The translations under genes and the position numbers were made by a program. Below, piece after piece: positions 24,281-37,555 of a stretch of DNA of 64,000 nt; the first letter of the stretch is position 1, and each line of letters begins with the position of its first letter. The DNA comes from Mizuhopecten yessoensis (Eukaryota). The stretch covers positions 3,714 through 67,713 of the forward strand of contig NW_018406168.1 in assembly GCF_002113885.1 (NCBI RefSeq), read 5' to 3'. The notes below the pieces were generated by a model, which saw only the letters and a program-made list of their open reading frames with translations, was not told the origin of the DNA and did no database searches.

Positions 24281-25431
24281 GTCTCACTCGTGTTAATTGG
24301 CTTACTAGTGGGGATCCACCTATATGCCATGCATGTAACTCTCCATCAATAATGGAGTACATGTTGGTAACGTTCAGATTTAGATACATTCGTGATAACT
24401 ACTTCCATATTCCGGATATGAAAACCCTTTTAACTGCCGTAGACTTGGCGGTAGTATTTGACTATTTAAAAGCCAATTGGTCTGTTTTATAAACTTTTAT
24501 TCCATTCACCTACTTGACTCATTTTACGGCGTTTCTTTACACTTTTGATAACTAAAATTTATATTTAACGCCCTTGCGATTTTTAAACTTTGCAAGCCCA
24601 CCCTGCTGATGGTTTCAGATTGACGTGTGATTTTGATGTGAATTGCTAATACTATTCTGACTCTATATGGCAATAGTTGTCGATGGGCCGTTAAATTCAG
24701 ACAAACAAACAAACATACATCCTCAATTGCTTAAGGAATTAATAATTGATAATAGTGGGCACTCGTGAAAGATACCAAAATATTAAAATATTAGCCACAC
24801 TCGTGAAAAATATTTGGTATTACTGAAGACACTGTTAGATATTCTGCTTATTACATTTTTTTTTACGAAAACCTACCCCGGATCCAATATAATTACTGAC
24901 CTACATAGTCTGCTGGCTTTCATAAAAACGAAAACTAGATGTGGAATTAAACGTTGCATTTACCCCCTAGATTAATTCCTCCATGATGGGTAACAAATGA
25001 TTATTCTGGACAGTATTATGGACTGATGTCTCGGACGGATTTTTATCGAGGTCTGCGTATCGTTAAGCTAACCAGGCTTTTACTAGATGGGCCATTTGAA
25101 ATTTTTCCCATGGTAGCTTGTAATCGGTCAAATTAGCAAAAGAGATATTGGTCACTAGTGACAAATATCACTTTTATGGAATGAATAATTTTTAATATTT
25201 CACTTGTAAATATGTTATAATCAAGTTTCATACTATGAGATCGTCAACATAAAAAACAGCAACTGCAAAATTATAAGGGTTATCTCCCTTTGTCCATAAG
25301 CAATCAATTTATGATTTTTTCATTTAAAAAACTAGAAATATCTTCACTTCCCATTTGACCCCTTCACTGTTCAAATTTTAGCATAGTAAAACACTGAAAC
25401 GATATGTTTGACATTCAAAATCCCATCTAAA

Positions 25432-26911
25432 AAGCGCCAACTGTACCTGTACCGGCCGCAGTTTATACTTCTAACTGTTTAGGGACCATATATGCTTCTG
25501 AATAAGCGCCCACTGTACCGGCCACAGTTTATACTTCTGAAGTATAAACTGTGGCCGGTGCAGTGGGCGCTTGTTCAGACGCATATATGGTCCCTAAACT
25601 TGGTGCCTAATACTTCAGAAGTATAAACTATGGCCGGTACAGTGGGCGCCTGTTCAGAAGCATATATGGTTCCTAAACAGGGTGCCTTATACTTCAGAAG
25701 TATGAACTGTGGCCGGTACAGTGCGCGCTTGGTCAGAAGCATAAATGGTCCCTAAACATGGTGTCTTATACTTCGAAAGTATAAACTGTGGCCGGCACAG
25801 TGGGCGCTTGGTCAGAGGCATATATGGACCCTAAACAGGGTGCTTATACTTCAGCAGTATAAACTGTGGCCGGTGCAGTGGGCGCTTGGTCAGAGGCATA
25901 TATGGTCCCTAAACATGGGGCCTTATACTTTAGAAGGATAAACTGTGGCCGGTACAGTAGGCGCTTGGTCAGAAGCATAAATGGTCCCTAAACATGGTGT
26001 CTTATACTTCGAAAGTATAAACTGTGGCCGGGACAGTGGGCGCTTGTTCAGACGCATATATGGTCCCTAAACAGGGAGCTTATACTTCAGAAGTATAGAC
26101 TGTGGCCGGTACAGTGGTCGCTTGTTCAGAAGCATATGTGGTCCCTAAACAGGGTGCCTATACTTCAGAAGTATAAACCGTGGCCGGTACAGTGGGCGGT
26201 TATTCAGAAGCATATATGGTCGCTAAACATGGTGCCTTATAGTTCAGAAGTATAAACTGTGCCCGGTACAGTGGGCGCTTGGTCATAAGCATATATGGTC
26301 CCTAAACAGGGTGCTTAAACTTCAGAAGTATAAACTGGGGCCGGTACAGTGGGCGCTTAGTCAGAAGCATATATGGTCGCTAAACATGGTGCCTTATATT
26401 TCAGAAGTATAAACTGTGCCCGGTACAGTGGGCGCTTGTTGAAAAGCATATATGGTCCATAAACAGGGTGCCTTATACATCAGAAGTATAAACTGTGGGC
26501 GGCCACAGTTTATACTTCTGCAGTATAAGGCACCATGTTTAGGGACAATATATGCTTCTGAACAAGCTCCCACTGTACCGTCCACAGTTTATACTTCTGA
26601 TGTATAAGGCACCCTGTTTAGGGGCCATATATGCTTCTGAACAGGCGCCCACTGTACCGGCCAAAGTTTATACTTCTGAAGTACAAGGCACCATGTTTAG
26701 GGACAATATATGCTTCTGAACAAGTGCCCACTGTACCGGCCACAATTTATACTTCTGAAGTATATGGCACCATGTTTAGGGACCACATATGCTTCTGAAC
26801 AAGCGACCACTGTACCGGCCACAGTCTATACTTCTGAAGTATAAGCCACCATGTTTAGGGACCATTTATGCTTCTGACCAAGCGCCCACTGTACCGGCCA
26901 CAGTTTATACT
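25432..26911. repeat. Tandem satellite, 78-79-bp unit, about 18 copies, with two orientation switches
   Basis: Unit TATACTTCAGAAGTATAAACTGTGGCCGGTACAGTGGGCGCTTGTTCAGAAGCATATATGGTCCCTAAACAGGGTGCCT (period 79 at 25621/25700/25779). Reverse-complement copies lie at 25432-25537 and 26499-26911. Confidence 0.97.
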
Positions 26912-28234
26912 ATGTTTCTCCTATAGTGATCATATTACAGTTTTGTTTGTTTTAATACTTCTGAATTAGCGTCGGCTGTAGTTGCTGTACTTTTGAAGCA
27001 AGTGCCCTTGAAGTTGTGGTAGTTTATATATATCTTAGGTAAGCGTCCATTGAAGTGAACTATTTACTTTAAATTCAATAATAAAAAAACAATGACATAA
27101 AAAGGTTAAAACGAGAAATACTTTTTATGATTTATACTACAGTATTACTCATACAAAAGACATTCTACTGACTACCTGTGCTGATAATTTGACATGCTCA
27201 GCTCTCTACTGTACAATATGCAAGTAACCAATTCCTGTATATCATGACAGAGTTGCTTCCCTTGTAACACAACTGGTAAGCCCCGTGGTAGAACGGATCG
27301 GGTTTTCACACCCTGCTGTGAGTAAGATTGATATAATTATGTTGTACGGTTAGTGTGATAGCATGGAACCACGGTAAAGTGAACGTTTGTTTGTGTCGAG
27401 AGTTAATCTTCTCATCGGCGTTTTATAGCGTAAAGCGAGTGAAACTTGTCAAAACCCTGTGTCTGGTCAGCTTCACTAAACAGATAGGGCATAGTGTATC
27501 TTGAATGCAATTAGCATTCAAAGTCAATGTCAGACACCTCTCCTGGAAAACAAATCGTATAGAACGCAAAACACAAATACACACGATCTTTGAATTTCAA
27601 CGAAAATGCATGTAAGTTTGAGATTAAAATAACGAGTCCAAGTGCATCATCGCGATTACAATATTTGAACTCACTATAAAGGTTTACAACCTATATTCTA
27701 TAACGATCCTGAATATCAGTCCTAAGGCTATACACAGGGGCCTGATACATTTAATATATACACATAGGGCATGACACTTGGAATTGTATTAATCAAAGAT
27801 TGATTGATCTACAAGGGGGGTGGGGGGGGGGCGCAAACACAGGGACATGAAAACGTGTTACAGTGTGCACTTTTGGACTTGTCCTAAAGTGTAGCAAGAT
27901 ATTGTTCTTTAGGGCTTTAAATAATCTCTCGTGGTAACAATGCCATCCCAAAGGTATAGAACGTGTATATACGAGGTGACAGGTTTACCTAGAGTTAAGT
28001 GTAACCCCTAACATGTCTAAAGTTAGTCTCTACACATCCGGATATATCCAACCATTACAATTAGCTCTAACAAGTTATCAGGTCCCTGTGCATTATAACT
28101 ATGACTTATGACCATATAACTTATATATAGGTGGCCACATACACATAATGAGCGCGAGGAAATTATACTGAGGATCTAAATTGTTATATGGCTAATTGCA
28201 ACAAAAATATTGCAACGAATTTGGTGAACATATT

Positions 28235-28363
28235 TGGAGCGGAACAGGACTGGGTCGATCGTCGGCGACCAGGTAGCCCAATTGAAAGAGCGTCCGTCTA
28301 GAGTTCCGAGTGTTCCGGGTTCGAACTCAGGTCTGGTCGTGCATTTTCCCATCTCCCGTTAGA
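28235..28363 (+). mobile_element. Solo copy of the tRNA-derived unit (SINE-like or solo LTR)
   Basis: TGGAGCGGAACAGGAC...CCAGGTAGCCCAATTGAAAGAGCG...GGGTTCGAACTCAGG...CTCCCGTTAGA is colinear with 17980-17855. Flanked by TATT and CATT. Confidence 0.72.
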
Positions 28364-29319
28364 CATTGATACAAGAACAAGACCCTGTACATGGCGCTAA
28401 GAACAGTATATCGATATAATGCACAATGACTGTAGAAAAGGTACTACACAGGGTCAGACGAATTAATTTATTCTATCACTAAAGACAGCAATGGTGTATT
28501 CACAGGGACATGACACATTCTATCATAGATAGTTTGATAAATATAAGACCAGATAGTTACACTACCACTGTCCGGTATTATATATACGTGTAAGGCCCCT
28601 GCGGTTTCAAATAAAAGAGAATTAAAAAAATACGTGCAAATTTGACCCTGAAATGATTTAAAATCAATTTTCTATTTCGTAAATGATAAAATAAGCGTAT
28701 TCCGTTATCAAAATATGTTTGATAAATGTTAGAGACTAGGTCAATTATCATTTTCTGGGACACAATTTTCCCAGACGGGCGTTCAGAATAAAAAGTAATT
28801 TCAAAAGGAATAACTACAGTATCTTTTACAGTCTCGAGTTCTCAGTGAATAGTGTAATATAATTGCGTTCAACACTCAAAACAAGCTCCAGCCTTTTCTA
28901 TCAACAACTTTCAGTTTTGATACAGGTTAAAGATATAAGCAAAATTTGTTTTTATCATAAAGGCAAATTATTTATTTTGGCAAAGTGTACACTGCTTGCA
29001 ATCTTCAGTAATTGAAATATGGTTCAAAAAACATTCCCGCCCGTGCCTCTATTTAAAGTGATAGCGATAGACTGATTCAGGATAGCTGAAAAAACATGAA
29101 GTGAAGCTATGGTAGTTTTTTTTATATGGTTGTTTAAAACCTTTATGTCGAGCCGTTTGTATGAAGCAACTTTTTGGAATTTCCTTCCGGCATTGTATCG
29201 CCTTAGATTCCCCTCAATTTTTGAAAACATTCTATTATTTTAAATCTCAGATTCAATATTGAAACCACATTGCTTCAGATATTTTTTCGCATTCAAAGTT
29301 TTAACTTGTCTTAGCTGCT

Positions 29320-30060
29320 GTTTATCTGTAAGACCTATTAATATATAAATCTCATATGTCTGTAAAGACCACCTGTCTATAAAGACCGAATGTCTACAAA
29401 GACCGTCTATAAAATTAAATACCATCCGTCTGTAAAGACTACTTGACTATAAAATCACCTGTCTATAAAGACTTTTTGCCCAAAAGATCAACTGTCTATA
29501 AAGATCAACTGTCTATAAAGATCACTTGTTTATTAAGGCAACTTGCCTATAAAGACTACTTGCCTTTAAAATCACCTGCCTATAATACACACTTACCCAT
29601 TAAGACCACCTGCCTATAAAAATCACCTGTCTGTAAAGAAAACTTTCCTATCAAGCCCACCTGTCTATACAGACTACTAGCCTATACAAATCACCTGTCT
29701 ATAAAGACATCTTGTCTTTAAACACCACTTATGTATAACTACCACTTGTCCATTACTATGACCTGTCTATAAGAAACACCTGTCTTTGAATACAAACCTG
29801 TCTGTAAAGACCGGCTGTCTATACCAATCAAGAGTCAATAACACTACAGTGTCTATGAAGTCACCGTGTCTCCTTAGTTATAGACAGGTACCTTCAAAAG
29901 ACAGATATGTCGTATATAAAATATTGCAGCAAGTTTATTCAGTTTCTACAGGACAGGTGGTTGAATAAATGTGTGATAATTATAGATCGCTGACAATTGG
30001 AGACAGGTGCTAATAGACAGGTGATATATATATACAGACTGTCAAGGATATACGGTTTAC
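29320..30060. repeat. Degenerate (AAAGACCACCTGTCTAT)n repeat with an inverted right part, fold-back-like
   Basis: About 17-bp CACCTGTCTATAAA sub-repeats at 29360-29830, then reverse-complement AGACAGGT copies at 29880-30030. Confidence 0.8.
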
Positions 30061-30182
30061 TTTCAAGGATATGGTTTATATGGTGTCAGGTGCGGGCTAG
30101 ATTAAAACTCAGGTCATTCTTCAAATTGTTATTTACCTGTAGCCAAACCCATTCCTGACAGTCTAACGGTCACTGTAATAGT

Positions 30183-30468
30183 TATTCCGCTAAAACTGAC
30201 CATAATTGCAGGCTCAAAAGTTTAAAATTCAATTTAATAAAAAGATGTAGAGTCCATATTGTATTGAGTACGGACATGACATCTAGTCAAGTGGGTGAGA
30301 AATGAATCAACTGAAATAAAGGTATGATTATTTTCTCTGACAAACATGTATATGATTTCCAGATTTCGACGACAACCCCGCATTTTAAAGAGCAGTCGAT
30401 AGCTGACCATAAACAGGCGACCGATCAGAATGTTTGAGCCTGCGATTATGGTCAGTTTTAGCGGACTA
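30183..30468. mobile_element. 286-bp non-autonomous DNA transposon, 36-bp TIRs, 9-bp TSD
   Basis: TATTCCGCTAAAACTGACCATAATTGCAGGCTCAAA (30183-30218) versus TTTGAGCCTGCGATTATGGTCAGTTTTAGCGGACTA (30433-30468). TGTAATAGT at 30174-30182 and 30469-30477. Confidence 0.9.
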
Positions 30469-30769
30469 TGTAATAGTGTGTAACACGCATTGTAAAACTG
30501 TACATAGTCTTAATTATTGTGATGAGAAATGAATAAATACAGTGTACCTTATGGCATACAAGCCTTTCATTTGTTTTTCATTCCGTAATATTGATCAACA
30601 AATTGTACCAAATCGCACAGTTGTGCGGAGAGAAGCGCACAACGGGGCGAACGATTGCGAACCGTACAATTGTGAGCCCTATGTGCGGACGATGTGTAGA
30701 AGGTGTGTGCACGATGTATGCACGATGTGCAAACGCTATTTTTGGTGCGTTGTGCGGTCACACAACTGT

Positions 30770-33700
30770 ACCATCTATCTACTACTACCACCGTCCGTAG
30801 ATATCACATGTCTCCAACAACCATCTGTCTATAACTACAAGCTATCTACTACTACCACCGACCGTAAATATCACCTGTCTCCAACAACCATCTGTCTATA
30901 ACTACCACCTATCTACTACTACCACCGACCGTAAACATCACCTGTCTCCAACAGCCACCTGTCTATAAGTACCACCTATCTACTACTACCACCGACCGTA
31001 AATATCACCAGTCTACAACAGCCACCTGTCTATAACTACCACCTATCTACTACTACAACCGACCGTAAATATTACCTGTCTACAACAGCCACCTGTTTAT
31101 AACTACCAACTATCGACTACTACCACCGACCGTAAATATCACCTGTCTACAACAACCACCTGTCTAAAACTACCACCTATCTACTACTACAACCGACCGT
31201 AAATATCACCTGTCTACAACAGCCACCTGTCTATAAATACCACCTATCTACTACTACCCCCTACCGTAAATATCACCTGTCTCCAACAACCACCTGTCTA
31301 AAACTACCACCTATCTAGTACTACAACCGACCGTAAATATTACCAGTCTACAACAGCCACCTATCTATAACTACCACCTATCTAATACCACCGACCGTAA
31401 ATATCACTTGTCTACAACCGCCGCCTGTCAATAACTACCACCTATCGACTACAACCACCGACCGTAAATATCACATGACAACAACAGCCACCTGTCTATA
31501 ACCACCACCTATCAACCACTACCACCGACCATAAATATCACTTGTCTACAACAGCCCCCTGTCAATAACTACCACCTATCGACTACTACCACCGACCGCA
31601 AATATCACCTGTCTACAACAACAACCTGTCTAAAACTACCACCTATCTACTACAACCACCGACCGTAAATATCACTTGTCTACAACAGCCCCCTGTCAAT
31701 AACTACCCCCTATCGACTACAACCACCGACCGTAAATATCACATGTCTAACTACCACCTATCTACTACAACAACCGACCGTAAATATCACCTTTCTACAA
31801 CAGCCGCCTGTTTATAACTACCAACTATCGACAACTACCACCGACCGTAAATATCGCCTGTCTACAACAACCACCTGTCTATAACTACCACCTATCTACT
31901 ACTACAACCGACCGTAAATATCACCTGTCTACAACAGCCAGCTATCTATAACTACCACCTATCTACTACTACCACCGACCGTAAATATCACCTGTCTCCA
32001 ACAGCCACCTGTCTATAACTACCACCTATCTAATACCACCGACCGTAAATATCACATGACAACAACAGCCACCTGTCTATTACTACCACCTATCTACTAC
32101 TACCACCGACCGTAAATATCCCCAGCCTACAACAGCCACCTGTCTATAACTACCACCTATCTAATACCACCGACCGTAAATATCACATGACAACAACAGC
32201 CACCTGTCTATAACTACCACCTATCTAATACCACCGACCGTAAATATCACATGACAACAACAGCCACCTGTCTATAACTACCACCTATCAACTACTACCA
32301 CCGACCGTAAATATCACATGACAACAACAGCCACCTGTCTATAACTACCACCTATCTAATACCACCGACCGTAAATATCACATGACAACAACAGCCACCT
32401 GTCTATAACTACCACCTATCTAATACCACCGACCGTAAATATCACATGACAACAACAGCCACCTGTCTATTACTACCACCTATCTACTACTACCACCGAC
32501 CGTAAATATTACCTGTCTCCAACAGCCACCTGCCTATGACTTCCACCTATCGACTACTACCACCGACCGTAAATATCCCCTGTCTACAACAGCCACCTGT
32601 CTATAACTACAACCTATCTACTACTACCACCGACCGTAAATATCACCTGTCTCCAACAGCCACCTGTCTATAACTACCACCTATCTAATACCACCGACCG
32701 TAAATATCACATGACAACAACAGCCACCTGTCTATAACTACCACCTATCGACTACAACCACCGACCGTAAATATCACCAGTCTACAACAGCCACCTGTCT
32801 ATAACTACCACGTATCGACTACTACCACCGACCGCAAGTATTACCTGTCTACAACAGTCACCTGTCTATAACAACCATCTATCTACTTCTACCATGGTTC
32901 GTAAATGCCACCTGTCTATAAAAACCACCTGTCTATAACTACCATCTATCTACTTCTACCACCGTCTGTAGATATCACCTGTCTACAACAGTCACCTGTC
33001 TATAACTACCATCTATCTACTTCTACCACCGTCTGTAGATATCACCTGTCTACAACAGTCACCTGTCTATAACAACCACCTAGCTACTACTACCACCGAC
33101 CGTAAATATCACCTGTCTCCAACAGCCAACTGTCTATAACTACCACCTATATACTACCACCGACCATAAATATCACCTGTCTCCAACAGCCAACTGTCTA
33201 TAACTACCTCCGTCCGTAAAAATCACCTGTCTTTAACAACCACCTGTCTATAACTACCACCTATATACTACTACCACCGACCGTAAATATCACATGTCTG
33301 CAACAGCCACCTGTCTATAACTACCTCCGTACGTAAACATCCCCTCTCTGTAACTACCACCTATCTATACTACCTACGTCCGTAAATATCACCTGTCTAC
33401 AACATCCACCTGTTTATAACTACCACTTGTTTATAACTACCTCCGTCCTTAAATATCACCTGTCTACAAGAACCACCTGTTTATTACTACCACCTGTCTA
33501 TACCTGTCTCCGTCCGTAAATGTCACCTGTCTACAACATCCACCTGTTTATAACTACCACTTGTTTATAACTACCTCCGTCCTTAAATATCACCTGTCTA
33601 CAAGAACCACCTGTTTATTACTACCACCTGTCTATACCTGTCTCCGTCCGTAAATGTCACCTGTCTACAACATCCACCTGTTTATAACTACCACTTGTTT

Positions 33701-34230
33701 ATAACTACCTCCGTCCTTAAATATCACCTGTCTACAAGAACCACCTGTTTATTACTACCACCTGTCTATACCTGTCTCCGTCCGTAAATGTCACCTGTCT
33801 ACAACATCCACCTGTTTATAACTACCACTTGTTTATAACTACCTCCGTCCTTAAATATCACCTGTCTACAAGAACCACCTGTTTATTACTACCACCTGTC
33901 TATACCTGTCTCCGTCCGTAAATGTCACCTGTCTACAACATCCACCTGTTTATAACTACCACTTGTTTATAACTACCTCCGTCCTTAAATATCACCTGTC
34001 TACAAGAACCACCTGTTTATTACTACCACCTGTCTATAACTGTCTCCGTCCGTAAATGTCACCTGTATACAACATCCACCTGTTTATAACTACAACCTGT
34101 CTATAATTACCTCCGTCCGTAAATATCACCTGTCTACAACATACGCCTGTTTATTACTACCACCTATCTACTACTACATCCGTCCGTAAATATCACCTGT
34201 TTACAACAGCCACCTGTCTACTACTATCTC
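30770..34230 (+). repeat. Tandem array, about 67-bp unit built from about 17-bp sub-repeats (C/A-rich arm), with a 134-bp higher-order block
   Basis: ACCACCGACCGTAAATATCACCTGTCTACAACAGCCACCTGTCTATAACTACCACCTATCTACTACT, period 67 (30921 and 30988). Period 134 at 33401/33535/33669. Confidence 0.97.
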
Positions 34231-35885
34231 TGTTATAAACATGTGGTTGTTATAAACAGTTGGCTGTTGTAGACAGGTGGTTTTACGGACGGTGTTAGTT
34301 ATAGACAGGTGATTGATGCAGACAGGTGATATCTACAGACGGTGGTAGAAGTAGATAGATGGTAGTTATAGACAGGTGACTGTTGTAGACATGTGATATG
34401 TACGGACGGTAGAGGAAGTATATAGGTTGCTGTTACAGTGAGGTGATATATACGGACGGATGAAGTTATAGACAGTTGGTAGTTATAAACAGATGGATGT
34501 TGTAGACAGGTGGCACTTACGAACCATGGTAGAAGTAGATAGATGGTTGTTATAGACAGGTGGCATTTACGAACCATGGTAGAAGTAGATAGATGGTTGT
34601 TATAGACAGGTGACTGTTGTAGACAGGTGATATCTACAGACGGTGGTAGAAGTAGATAGATGGTAGTTATAGACAGGTGGTTGTTATAGACAGGTGGCAT
34701 TTACGAACCATGGTAGAAGTAGATAGATGGTTGTTATAGACAGGTGACTGTTGTAGACAGGTGATATCTACAGACGGTGGTAGAAGTAGATAGATGGTAG
34801 TTATAGACAGGTGGTTGTTATAGACAGGTGGCATTTACGAACCATGGTAGAAGTAGATAGATGGTTGTTATAGACAGGTGACTGTTGTAGACAGGTGATA
34901 TCTACAGACGGTGGTAGAAGTAGATAGATGGTAGTTATAGACAGGTGGTTTTTATAGACAGGTGGCATTTACGAACCATGGTAGAAGTAGATAGATGGTT
35001 GTTATAGACAGGTGACTGTTGTAGACAGGTGATATCTACAGACGGTGGTAGAAGTAGATAGATGGTAGTTATAGACAGGTGGTTTTTATAGACAGGTGGC
35101 ATTTACGAACCATGGTAGAAGTAGATAGATGGTAGTTATAGACAGGTGGTTGTTATAGACAGGTTACTGTTGTAGACAGGTGATACATCTGCAGATTGTG
35201 GTAGTAGTCGATTGATGGTAGCTATAGACAGGTGGTTGTTATAGACAGGTGATACATCTACAGACGGTGGTAGAAGTAGATAGATGGTAGTTATAGACAG
35301 GTGGTTGTTATAGACAGGTGTCATTTACGAACCATGGTAGAAGTAGATTGATGGTAGTTATAGACAGGTGACTGTTGTAGACAGGTGATATCTACAGACG
35401 GTGGTAGAAGTAGATTGATGGTAGTTATAGACAGGTGACTGTTGTAGACAGGTGATATCTACAGGCGGCGGTAGAAGTAGATAGATGGTAGTTATAGACA
35501 GGTGGTTGTTATAGACAGGTGGCATTTATGAACCATGGTAGAAGTAGATAGATGGTAGGTATAGACAGGTGACTGTTGTAGACAGGTGATACATCTACAG
35601 ACGGTGGTAGAAGTAGATTGATGGTAGTTATAGACAGTTGGTTGTTATAGACAAGTGGCATTTATGAACCATGGTAGAAGTAGATAGATGGTTGTTATAG
35701 ACAGGTGACTGTTGTAGACAGGTGATATCTACAGGCGGTGGTAGAAGTAGATAGATGGTAGTTATAGACAGGTGGTTGTAATTGACAGGTGATATTTACG
35801 GACGGTAGTAGAAGTCTATAGGTGGTTGATACAGAGAGGTGATATATACGGACGGATGTAGTTATAGACAGGTGGATGTTGTAAA
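34231..35885 (-). repeat. Inverted arm of the same satellite family, 134-bp higher-order repeat
   Basis: Reverse-complement units (TTATAGACAGGTGG...). GCATTTACGAACCATGG recurs at 34563, 34697 and 34831. Confidence 0.97.
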
Positions 35886-37404
35886 CTAGAATAAAACCTG
35901 CATGGAAAGCGATTTTGTCAACATTGCACAAAGTAATATTTAAAAGGTTTTCTCGTGGGAAAAATAACGCTCTATCAATACGCTAAATAACAATATCGAT
36001 TTGACAATGAACCCATGTGAGTTTCTCTTACAACAGAAATAGAACGCTAAGAGATAGATTTAATCTTGTGGTGTTTCTGAATCCGGACACTATCAGATTA
36101 ACTTCTCTTTCAGAAAGGCTAGATTTAGCAACGTAACTAGTTTCTCTACAAAGAACCGAGATGCAAATAGTCAAATACAAAAATGGACCAGTCGAAGAGA
36201 TTTTCAAAATAGAAATATTATCAACTTTGGGATGAATGGAGATAAAAAGTATGATTCATATGTAAAAGAACGGTAAAACTAATAACCCCTTCCAGTTAAA
36301 TATATTTCTTATGAATCGCATCGTTCAATTTGACCGGAAGTGGTACTATAACTTTCCACTTCCGGGCGATCTCTGATACTGATACGAATATTGTTAAAAC
36401 CGGAGTCAGTTTCCGGAATATTTCGATCCCCGGCTATCTTTAACGCTAAATGGAAAATTCTAGTCGCAAAGCGATAATTGATCACATGTCTGAGCGAGCT
36501 AAATACAGCTTAGAAACAGTGTAGTGTATTCAAGCGGGGGTGTTCCATTACATGAAACTACGTGGAAAGGTTATAGCATGCATTTACACAAAATTTACAA
36601 CACCTGAACTATAAAAATTCGTACGATATTGATTTGTCGGGTGTTTTATAGGTTGACTAGTATTCGTAAAAGTGCTTTCGGATATAACCGTTGCCCTTTT
36701 TGAGTTTTTGAAGTATTCTTCCTGCGTAAATGGAAATCTTCCTCATCACTGTAGCTCTGCTGAAACAATCGGACGTGTTTGATAATTACCATACAGAGAT
36801 CCTATAACCTACCTCTAAATGTCACACATCACTAGAGACCTTTGCAGACAATGATTGCTGCATATCTTATAAGTTAATTGAATTGTTGTCATGTAAAAGT
36901 GTTAAAACATTAAGTCGATTGGGTAAATAGTTAAGATATGCCACCGCGAAAAGTGAAAACCTTCGTGTAGAAATATTGGTGAAGAATTATTATTTAATAT
37001 TGTGTAATAAATGCTTATATGAAATCGCGTCCGCCATTTTGAACTTTGTAATGTGATTCTTATAGTAAGTATACATGTAACCTATATTGTGTATTGTATT
37101 TAGAAGTAAAGAAATGAAACTATACAACAACCACAAGTATAACCACATGTCGATCAGTAACGTTTCTGCCATATTAAACCATAAAAACAAATTGTAATAT
37201 TAATTTTGTATTGTTGTAGTTTTTATTACAAAGAAACCTGACATTACTGACACCTGTCTTTACGGTATCCTTTACAATCTGACCATTACAGACTGTTTCC
37301 TCTCGTTTTGTCTTGGATGTACCCTGCCACACCGGAAGTCTGTACTTTCAAACAGGTATCACTGTATAAAATCATACGGATGCAACTTGTGACGTCATTC
37401 TATA

Positions 37405-37555
37405 TTTTTAAGCATTGTACATAGCTACCGGAAATAGAAGAAAACTGATATAGGCATAGCTTGTCGTCTAAATCTTTTGTCAATACTGTTCTAATATCTT
37501 CTAATATGTTTGTATTATATATGTATTGTCAATAAAATACTTTTCAGAATTTGAG
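37405..37555 (+). mobile_element. Short 3'-end copy of the same CR1-group LINE as 14338-16861
   Basis: Colinear with the reverse complement of about 14340-14492 (AAGCATTGTACATA.CTACCGGAA.TAGAAGAA.ACTGATATAGGCA.AGC.TGT.GTCTAA...GTATTGTCAATAAAATACTTT). Confidence 0.9.

Noticed and set aside
30615-30772. Small imperfect inverted repeat (CAGTTGTG...CACAACTG) and its ORFs
   Set aside because: Probably a decayed MITE, but the arms are short and no TSD was found. The overlapping ORFs have no recognisable homology.
34299-35931. Minus-strand ORFs in the satellite
   Set aside because: Translations of the 67/134-bp repeat.
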